From Tubiluchus corallicola (Eukaryota > Animalia > Priapulida): a stretch of DNA of 64,000 nucleotides. Where the stretch lies: positions 1-64,000 of the forward strand of contig JAQGDQ010000410.1 of the NCBI GenBank assembly GCA_030141605.1, read 5' to 3'. The translations under genes and the position numbers were made by a program. This document shows, piece after piece, positions 14,801-25,300 of this stretch. The notes below the pieces were generated by a model, which worked only from the letters and a program-made list of their open reading frames with translations, was not told where the DNA came from and searched no databases. Numbering within the stretch: position 1 is the stretch's first letter; each line of letters begins with the position of its first letter.

Positions 14801-16804
14801 GCCACTGAAAAACTAAAGGGTTATGGTGAAGCGCTAAGCATTGGGGAATACTTTTGGCTATTTTATGGAACGCTTTTACAACAAGGTAATAGCTAATCAG
14901 TTTAAACAATAAAATTAATGGCATTTCACATATACATTTAGCAATACGGCAAGGTATTTATATTTAGTCTAGACCTTTTTATAGTAGACCTAATATGACG
15001 AATGTTCCATATTATTGTAGATTTGTCTACATAGCCGCCTATTTTTTATTGTTTGTGTTTATTACAGATTCCACATCATATCCCACCTATGCTCCATCAA
15101 GAACAGTTATTGTGTTTTACTGGATTGTCAGAATTGTAGTCATTGCCGTTTACACAGCTAATTTAGCTGCTTTTCTTGCCGTTATGAAGTTAAACAGCCC
15201 AATAAACTCAATCAAGGATTTAGCAGATTCTCAAGTTATTCCTGTAGTCCAGGACAGCTCTTCCACACATGACCTATTTCGGGTTCGTATATGTGGTTGC
15301 ATGTTTAAGAACATTTCAGCTATGAACTGTAACATTAAGCACTTTAAATATACTACTTTAGAAATAGATATGCATTCTGCACTATGGTTGGCTTATTTCG
15401 ACGATGAAGCTTTCAGCAATTTGTTAAAAATTCTCTTTGTACTCATAGCACGCGCTAATTAATATTTCAAAAATATGCACAGACGACTACCGATGAAGAC
15501 ATGCGTAAAATATGGGAACGAATTGAGGCGAATCAGAAACTTAGCATTGCTAAGCCTGACGATAAGGATGTCATAAAGAACGTAGCAGCCGGGAAAACTG
15601 CCTGGATTTCAAATGTGGAAGTATGTTTCAGAAACAATAAACATTACGCACTTTATCGCTGCCACTGCAGCTGCTAATTCATAAGTCAATTGGTTGCTCA
15701 GTCAGTCAGTTGTGATTTGGTCAGCAATTTGTCAGTTGTTTAGTGGGAGTTCCGCTGGCTTTGTAACTTGTTCATTGCAATTAATTGGTGAGTTACTTGG
15801 TTGGTTACTTGGTCAGTGTGTTGATCCGTCAGTGGGTGACATTAGGTAGATAGCTGGCTGAGTGGTTGTATGATTTGGCTGCTTGATTAGTTAGTTGGTT
15901 AATTGGTTTGTTGTGATTAGTTGGTTGGCTGGCTAATTGGATGGATGGTTCGTTAATTGATTGAATGATTGTTTTGTTAGTTGGTTGAACGGATAAGTTT
16001 ACTGTTGATGGCTGGTTGGTTAGTTGGTTTGGTGTGTCGGTTGATGAGTCAGCTGGCTCTGACGGTTGTTTACCACACAATCACGATTACTCGACCCATT
16101 TGATCATCGTAATCTTCCGGCTTGTGCGTCAACGGCTTTTACAGTAACTGACATTTACCCGTTCGAAAGGCCCGGTAACAAAAATTTTGTTTTTTGATAA
16201 ACCAATATTATGGCATCATAGGTTTAGTACTGAGAAGCACTGAATGATTTTTTTCAGCAACTCCAATACCAAATGAGCGTAAAATGTGACGTTATCACTG
16301 TAGATGACAAGTATGGCATCAGCTTGAATGCTATACCGTTCCGGAAGGGCTTCCCTCACATGAATCTAATAGCTATTGAGTGAGTAGATAGAGATTAATT
16401 GCTATTTTGTATACTGTCGATTACACTGGTAAACTATATACGGATTGCGTCACAAAGGCTGACGAGCTTCACTTACCATTCTTTTAAGCATTTTAAGTTC
16501 TAAAGAAAAAACTTCGCGATTGAGTACATTATTTTATTTTAGGACGATCAGACTCATAGAAAGTGGACTCATTAAACAGTTGTGGACGAAGTGGTGGCCG
16601 ATCAATTACAGCTGCCCTCCTAGCAAAATCTTGGATATGAACGACAGACTCCATATCATGCTAGACTGGGCAACGATGTGTTTTCCGTTTTATTTATTAA
16701 TTCTCAGTGCATTGTTTTCTTGTATTTGCTTAACAGGAGAAATTGGGTTCAGATACAAATGCCGGCGCGAATCAGCAGTTGTTCCACCTAGCATGGAGTC
16801 ATAA
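7393..16804 (+). CDS. Divergent ionotropic glutamate receptor / IR-like gene 2 (11 coding exons, about 669 aa)
   Basis: Exons 7393-7603, 8655-8857, 9768-9920, 10653-10862, 13137-13237, 14261-14354, 14585-14885, 15068-15282, 15483-15620, 16258-16379, 16543-16804 total 2010 nt, in frame, with GT-AG introns. Features: signal peptide; S1 motifs DPPY, GFALDILQELAHRLNF, FNGVIGML, FTITSER, DFSPPF; M1-M2; VYTANLAAFL; S2; ESGLI..LW.KWW; M4. Confidence 0.93.
7919..8002. repeat. (GAT)n/(GGT)n microsatellite in intron 1 of gene 2
   Basis: Visible trinucleotide runs. Confidence 0.9.
8975..9133. repeat. AT-rich foldback: two direct copies plus one inverted copy of a ~50-bp unit
   Basis: Unit tagcactactatatatgtataa(a/t)taatttc(a/g)gtcatatgtatatgtata occurs at 8975 and ~9024. 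Its reverse complement ends at 9133. Confidence 0.8.
9239..9446. mobile_element. PIF/Harbinger-like MITE
   Basis: About 39-bp imperfect TIRs: tggcgccttcagactagaaagttccctcgcaatttattg and caataagttacgagagaactctctagtctgaaggctcca. TAA flanks both sides (3-bp TSD). Confidence 0.8.
11750..13075 (-). mobile_element. 5'-truncated, decayed CR1/L2-group LINE with a trinucleotide tail, in intron 4 of gene 2
   Basis: ORF 12723-13073 carries RT N-terminal motifs FGFRKKHSTIDAIL...VFLDLSRAF. On the - strand, AATAAA at ~11905 is followed by an (AGT)n/(AGC)n/(ACC)n tail at 11750-11892. Confidence 0.85.
15690..16060. repeat. Degenerate tetranucleotide (GGTT/AGTT-like) low-complexity tract
   Basis: 4-bp periodicity is visible across the intron. 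Confidence 0.7.
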
Positions 16805-17082
16805 AAATTATTTTAAAAACTGAAAGCAAAACGCATGTTCAACTTTTTTCATCATTCAAGGCTTTTTTTCATAAATATTTAAAGCTATTTTAACTGCCAC
16901 TGAATTAAATTTAACCATTATTCATTGTTGTACATATAATTAGTTTTGATCTAATAATTTAATGTAATGAATAAGAAAGAATTTTCCTTCTGTTCATTTT
17001 ATAACATTTTGGCAGCAACTGAAGCCAACAAGAGTATACGACGTTGAATTTGGGACACATGACACAGTATATGACACAACCG

Positions 17083-18395
17083 TTTATATCAGGTGGCACA
17101 AAAATGTGCCGAAGTTTTAATCACGATATTATAAGAAAACAACAGAATCGATTCAAAATTTCCGTTCTGATGTTACCAACGCCCATGTATAAACACCAAA
17201 AAGTTTCGAGTTATTAATCAAAAGTACCGTAGACTTTTCCGAAGTTTTAAAAATAATAAGTGTCCACCATTTTCAATGCAAACTAGATGAAGGCGTTTTT
17301 TTTTCAACAACGCACACTGTTTCTCATTTATTTAAGGTGTATTTCATCTCAGCACTCAACAATTTTTACCTTTTGTTCCTCAGCATCTAACAGCTCTGTG
17401 GGGCTATTGTACACGGAAATTCAAGATACTTTAATCCAAAGGATTAAGTTCTATTTCTTTTTGGCAACGAATCTTTATCAATGCTTTATTTTTTCTGATG
17501 ATGACTATGATGTAAACTGGTTGATTTCTTTATTGTGGTACTCCACGTATTGAGTACTTTATACGTTACTGAACGTGACTGTTTCAGTTGATAATTAGCT
17601 GACACTGTTCCGACATTTAATTTTTTAACATGCAAAAGCTTTTCAGTCATAAGTTAAAAACCAATAATCTTGTAAAATTCACGGCCAAAAGTTAATGTAT
17701 GGTTAAACTGCAATACATTGACAATTGACTGCGAAACTTGCAGGTTTATACTTTTAGTGATTTTTAGTTATTTCCGAAAAGCTTTTGCATGTCAAAACTT
17801 AAAATGCTGCAATGTCAGCTAATCTTCAATTGAAAAATAGCCACGTCGGCGTATATAAGCCTTCAGTACATGGCAGCAAAACAATAAAGAAATCAACCAG
17901 CTTGTAACGAGTGAGCATGAATTTTAACACAGAAAATATTGCACAGATACAGATTTGTTGTTAAGAAAAAATAGATTGAAATCTATGAACTACGATATCT
18001 TCAATTCCTAGAGAAAGTACGGTACAGGGCCGTTTGCGATAAAGGAACTGAAGGCAAAAAGTGTTGAGCGCTAGAACCAAAAACCTTTTAAAGAAGTAAT
18101 ATACTGTGTCAGCTGTTGGAAAATATGCCTTCGTCTAGTTTGCAGTGAAAATGTGGGACACATAGAGCACGTGCTGAAAATTTTTAATAATAGTGACATG
18201 CAAAATTTTCCGGCATTTATTTTTTTGACTTGTTATTTTAAGACTACTGTATCTTCGGAAAAATCTAAAGAAATGACCTAAAATTTTTAATGCCTACAAA
18301 GAAGCGCATGTAACATTAGTGTGGTAATTTGCAAGCGATTTTATTGTTTTCTTCTTATAGTATCGGTACATATTTTTGCCCCATCTGACATATCA
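17083..18395. mobile_element. ~1.3-kb degenerate palindromic (foldback/MITE-like) element between genes 2 and 3
   Basis: Nested inverted matches: ttttcaatgcaaactagatgaaggc (~17271) with gccttcgtctagtttgcagtgaaaa (~18127); ctggttgatttctttattg (~17517) with caataaagaaatcaaccag (~17882); acatgcaaaagctttt (~17628) with aaaagcttttgcatgt (~17777). Centre near 17705. Confidence 0.8.
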
Positions 18396-19369
18396 GTTTT
18401 TTTTCTTTTCCCACGGTCATTTCAAATGAGCAACATTTGTTTAAAACCAACTTATTATATCTTACAATAATAATACAGCTTCCTTAGTGCGCAAATCAAA
18501 ACTATTTGTTACAACATCTCAAGGGACAGAAACTACCAGGGTAACCAAGTTTGGCACCAACTTTTAACAATCGCATAATCGCTTTTTGGTTATGCGGCAT
18601 AAATGAATTAAATAAACTAGTTGCTTGTCGGTCGACCTTTATGCTAGTCCAATCACCTCTCGCAAGTCTGGCCCCATTTATTTCATTGGGAACGAAGCAC
18701 CTGTTGTAACTTAATAATTTACTTTTCTGAAGCATCACAAAAGCAACATCAAATTACAATATACTTCGATCTGTTTTCGAAAATTACAGAACTGGTGAAT
18801 AAACGAAATTTTGCTGTTTTCTGATCAAACAAGTGTGCAACGCAATTTTACTTAACCCAAATGTCTGCAACGTGCTTAATTTAGTTGTTCACATAGGCTT
18901 GAGTGGTGAAAATTGATTAAGGTTAAAATGGCGTTTAACAAAATGAGGTTTCATTAATGGTTCATTAAAACGGAATTCAAGATGTTAGCTGCATCCCGTT
19001 TTTGGAGATCGCTTAAAACAAGTAAGTTCACAAAGTTTATTTCGCGTAGTTTTGCGATTACTTCAACACTCTTATAGGTAACACACATTGCCATAGCTGC
19101 GCAAATAAATATTGAAAATACATTGCCTCTATTAATTCAGTAATAATCTTAACAGATGGCAACACTAGTACTTTTAATAGAATCAGTAGCACGCTCAGGC
19201 ATAGAACTTAATTTTGTAAATTTATATATCTGCACAAACAAACTAATTTAGAAAGCCTGAAAATCCCCCCCTCACTAAGAATTGAACACAGACCTTTGTA
19301 GCGCTTTGCAACCCTACTAAACAAATGTACGCTAAAATGTATTTATGTCTTTTGTTTTTTCAATCAAAC

Positions 19370-22300
19370 ATGTTTCTCTCAATGTTTTCGTTTTTAAATT
19401 CTCACAGTCTCCAAAGAACACCAACAGCGATTTTGTTCATTTTTTCATTAGTTCTAATTCTTTCCGTGATGAACTCTACCGTCTACTTTTCACATAATGA
19501 CTTGAGGACGACAGCGACGGCGACAGCAACTACATTTGCTCAATCTTCCAAGGCATGCATAGGAATAGAAAACGTTGTCGTCGACGTCATAGCTTCGCTC
19601 CGATGGAAACATGTTTTTATGATATATAACTCTTCTGGTATGGTTTACTTGTAGACTGTGTTGTTTTATAGTTCTAAAAGAGTTAAAAATCAAGATATTT
19701 GAAAAGTATTTATCTCTCCTAGAATTTTGTGCTATGTACATTACATTTTTTAAAAAATTATGACCTTACAATACTTACAAACGCCTTTTTGAAAATGCAT
19801 ACAACAAGTGAGCGTCCAGCGCAATACGCCACACCTACCATTGACTGTCTGTAAAATAAAAATGTTATTCAAAATTTCTTACACATTTCTTATTAACCTG
19901 TTAGCCTGGCTAAATTTGCAAGTGACGTTTGTAAACGCTTTTTTAAATAAGCAAAAGAAGGCGGAACTCACACATTACAAAACCTTCCTTTTTTATCATT
20001 ATGCTCTAATAGGCACAAGTTTCCTAAAGTGTTCATTATTCAGTTTGGTGAATAAATCCTGTGTGTAGTTTCAAGAAAAGTCTCGTGCAAATAAAGGAAA
20101 AATGAAGCACAAAATAATTGTTATATTGATTTATCACCTACTCAAAAGGCAAGCTTGATATATGCCAATTAAATCACAGCTACTGACTGATTATCAATTC
20201 AATTTTTTTAGCTAATTCAAGGTTGTATGCGATTTTGCGAGGATTGTCAAAGCAGAACATCAAATCGCTGCTGTTATCGCAAGAGACCTTCTTTTACTTG
20301 GTCAGAAGTACTGGTCTGAGGAAAACATTGGGGATGCGAATTTCTGGAGATAAAAGGAACCGCTTATTTATAGAGTATTACTTTGTCATGTTCTTAAGTG
20401 AAGACGGCGTAACTAATTTTCTTCAAATGGTAAGAAGAATTCTTTAAGCTCACGAAAATTGCATGACCTTATTATTTTGCTATTGGCCTAGAACTTTGCC
20501 TTGTTAAGGAGCTTTTTGCGTGAGCAGCTCGCTGCCAATAGGTACCTACTGAATTACCAAACACTAACATAGCCAAGACGTTAAGACACATCAAACAGCA
20601 TTATGAAAAAGGCGGCTGACGTTATATCGTGCTTACAACTCATGCAAAGTGAAGCACTACTGAGAAAGACAGCCAAATATTTTGTAAATAAACAACACCG
20701 AGCCGCATGCGCGGATCAGCACTAGTTCTCAATAGGTTTTATTTAACATTTTTTTTAATTTTCACGTTTTCAGGTGTTCCAGACGTTTTGGTAAACACTA
20801 AAGCACAGAAGAGCTTGGTCATTCAGTGCAAGTTTAGTGAAAAATTTTCATGAACCCTGCCGCTCTATCCAGCGGCTCAGTATCGAGCAGCATATATCAC
20901 ATGTTTCTTTCCTGATGTTGTGTGACCCGTCTTAATTTTCTATCTGTGTTGTGCAATACGTCCCTTGGTAGTAATTGGTTCTTAGTGTACATTACCACTG
21001 CATTAAGCACATTGCCAAATGAAAAATTCAATTATGTAGGTTTACCTACTGATTTAAATCCAATTGAATACAATAATTTCATATTACTATTCTATTGTTT
21101 CCTTGAAACAGGATGCTATCGAAGGGATATTTGAAGAAAGTTTTTACTGGGTTTTTGTGCAACCATCTACTAGTGACTCATTTTCCAAATCATCGCTGTG
21201 GAACACGTTTGGGCACGCAAATATCTTACTGCTTTCCTGTACATCACCAACAAACTTGTCAGGAGTCACTGACAATCAGCAGAGGTCAAGAAACAGTGTC
21301 GTCAACATTCAAAGTTACGAGCCTGGAGGTTTTAGATCCATAGTGCGCTACGAGTCCATCACTGATTACAAGCTTCCAAAGGAATATATCTTCACAAACT
21401 CCCTTCATGCAGTCGGATTTCGCGGAGCTCATTTAGTGGCAGCCGTTGCGCGGGTAAAATTACTAAATACGATTATTGTGGTCCAATCTTATTTCGCGTA
21501 ATTATTACAAATGGCTCAATGGCTGACTCCATTTTTTTATTTTGCGAGTTTTGCAGCATGCATGCATTTTAAATTTTAAATGCCTTCTCCAGTCTGTGCA
21601 ACGGGGTTTGCATACGTAGCGCAATGGATAAACATTAGTCACCTTTGTTAAGTTCCAGAAATTACTGCTAGGGAGTGTGAAATTACAGAATAGTTGTTAT
21701 GGCAGATCTGAAAGTTACTTAATGTGATTAACTACCTCTTTATTTTTACAGTTTATCCTGTTACCACAAATAATGATTAATATTTGTGACAGGATCCTCC
21801 ATACATAGAAATAGACAAGTCCAACGATAAAATAGAAGTTTATGGATTTGCTTTGGACATTTTTGACGAATTGTCTCATCGGTTAAATTTTACGTAAGTC
21901 TTTCAACTCGTTACCAACCATAATCGATATCATTATAATTATACACATTTTGAGTGTTTCATGAGTGCAGCACTAATAGGCAAATTGCGTTTGTCCCAAC
22001 ATAAAGCGCAAGAAAACCTTTGCTTACATAAAGTCGAAAAATTATCTTGAAACATTGTATCACTTACGTAATATTAATATTTTATTGCGCGCAGAACTTG
22101 TAATATAACTTGAAAATTTAAATTAGCTAAATTACCGTTAGGCGCAGCCATTTTGAAAGTAAATCGTTTGAAACAAATTTAGTAAAACTGAGTAAGATTC
22201 GAAAAAAAGAACTCTCGTAGCTCACACTTCTCTGTAAGTAAACGAAAGTATAGGTAACATTAGCAAATTTACATAGCTATGTCTTTCAAACAGTTTAGCG

Positions 22301-25300
22301 TAAAATATTAACTTCGTACAGAACGTTTTTTGAGACTAACTTTAAAATTTCTTTTACTTTCCCCTTCATTAAAAACTTTAGGCTTTCATTTTGTTTTCTT
22401 AATTGCATGTGGAATCAGCAGTCATGGATGATATCATTATTAGGTATTAATTTTGCTGCAGGTATGAGTTAATACAACCCAGCGATCAGTTATTTGGCAT
22501 CAGAGACCCACATGCTAACACATTCGATGGTGTTTTTGGATTATTACAGAAGAAAGTAAGCATAATAGTGTATTATCAGACAATCCGGTCGATTTTAAAC
22601 GCGAAGCAACAAGCTTACGACGATCTGCTTAAACTAAGCGATCGTCAGAGAAACTCTAGTGGCTGCAAAGAGCAATTCTGACTCTTCATCAAGCTTACAA
22701 AATTTTTCTTTGTAGGACTTCTTCGTATTTAAATGATTCATTTTACAAACAAACAAAGTCGAAATGAATTGTAGTTCTTTGCTGTTCATTGAATGTGCAG
22801 CATTCATAAGAGGAACATAAGTTAGTACACTCCAGTGACAAAGGATTTTAGTTCGGTTCATTTGCTGTAATTAACATTTGATGAACAATCACCAGAAAAT
22901 AAGTTTCAAACGCACAAACGTTTGAAAATGAGATTTGAATTAAAATCTGTTTTTATTCTGCAAGCAAAACTTTTTCAACCATTGTTTATTAGTAGGCGCT
23001 GTTGGAAACTTGAAACTGTTAAAATAACTTACCATTGCATAAATAAAATGTTTACAATTCGCTTTACACAACTGCAGCACGCCTAGCAGACAAACCGCTG
23101 CTAAAAACAATTAAAATAATATTGAACTTTACTTTAACTGACATTTTTGTACAATCTATTAAATACTACGTTTTTATTCACCAATGCAATTTTTGTAATT
23201 TCATGTTACTAGATGCTTAAAAATACTCGCTTTTACGATCACTAGCAATTGTTTCATTTGTTTAGAGCCGCCTGTTTTGTTTGGTAACCTCACACGTCTG
23301 TATTATACGACTGTGCCTAGTTATTATGGTGTTTTACGTTTTTTTGTTATTTGTTGCTTTCGCAGTGATCAAAACAGCAAAATTTCCTTCAGGTAATTAA
23401 AAAACGTAACATTAATCTTAATCTCGAAATATGAACAAAGTACATATATGTCAAAATAATGCAAAGTATGTCAAAACTAAAATACTGATTTCGTGAGCCA
23501 TTTAAACAATGTAAAAATTTCCTGAACTAGCTAAGAACAAACATCTTGCCAGAGCCTTTGACGTGCAGTGTTTGTCAAAGATTTAAGAAAGTTTTAAATT
23601 AGATTGCAGATGTAGCAGTGGGCGGTTACAGTATAAGTCAGGAACGTATTGAAGTAGCTGACTTCACGCCACCAATAATGGACGCAGCCATAGGAATTTT
23701 AGTTAGACGCACCTATGGGACAGAGGACAGATTTGGTTCCAACATTCTGATACCACTGGACCAGACAGTATGGTTGACCGTTGTCGCTACGTTACTCGTA
23801 GCCAGTGTGACAGTTTGGTTGATGGATCGAGTCAATCCTACAGGTGTACATTCACACTCGTTTTTCTCCTACTTGTGGCTGTTTTATGCTGAATTTCTGC
23901 AGCAAGGGGGTATGTAATTTTTCTCCAACAGTGGCTTTAAACTTAGCGATCAAAGGTAAATTGTTCTTGTCACGTACGCGCAAGATATGTAAGGTTAAGC
24001 CTCTTACATCAGTCAAATTATTCTGAATAGTATCTATATTTATGTCAGAAAATAGTCTTTACAGACTAATATTTTTTGTACTCCAAGCCGACGTCAAATA
24101 AAGTAGACTGTAACTGCTATCTTTTGTTTTTCTTTGTGTTTCCTCTTTTCTTCTCCCTGTCTTATTTTCTCGTTTATTTTCGTTTATTATAACTGATGGT
24201 TTAATATAACATTTATCATTGTTAATGATGAGCCACTCTCTCATACTTTATTGGTCATGTTATTATATGTCACGCACATTGTTAAAAATTCACTTAAATA
24301 TCTCACCTGGTGTATGGTTAAAATAATAACATGCAACTTGTCAGCTGCTGGGCAACTGTTACTATTTGAGACAAATTTGCAAGCTGCCTTTTTATACATT
24401 TTTCAGGATCGACACATCCCACTAGGTGGCCACAGAGAATCATCATCGTCTTTTCTTGGATGTTGCAAATTGTCGTCATTGCCGTCTACACAGCTAATTT
24501 GGCAGCATTTTTAACAGTAACAAATTTAAATCTGCCGATTAATGGATTAAAAGATTTGGTTAATCCGAAAAGCATAACACCAGTTATCAGAAAAAGTTCA
24601 TACACACAGCAATTTCTTCAGGTGATTAGAGTTACAAATACATATATAAAGCAGCGATTACCAGATATGCCGAATGCGTTATGCGTTATTGCGTAAAATC
24701 ACTTTACGTTGTTTTCAACGAGTGCGTTTATCAGACCTGCGTTATTGCGTTATCTTTTCTGCAGCTTTTCCTTTTGTATTTTTTATATGCAGCTGAATAC
24801 GCAGCAACGTATAACGCATTCAGGATATCTGCTTAAAGTGGCGTTTGTCTGACATCCGGAATGCGTTATGCGTTATCCACCTGCAGAATACCTGCGATAT
24901 AAAAATCAATAGGAAATAGCTGCAAAAAAGTAACGCACAACGCATGTCTGATAAACCGGTGCATTGAAAACAATATAAACCGATTTTATCTGTTCCGCAC
25001 CCGCATAACAGGTAAACGGCACTTTAGGCTCTATTACCAAACGACACATTTTAAAGGTCTGGTAATATGTAAGTCAGAAAACAGTTCTTTCCGATTTTTT
25101 TTATAAAATATTGCGGAGTTTAAAGAGGCGTACACACCTCCAATATAATTATAAAGCATACTTGCTCCGCACGCGTCTCAGAAGTTACTATACACTTTAC
25201 ATTTTGCATATTTTTAACAAAAAAGCAGAATGTTTCAGAATTGATACAGATAAACTAAACCTTGCGCAATTCGTTTAGTCAAATTTGACGAATATCTCAA

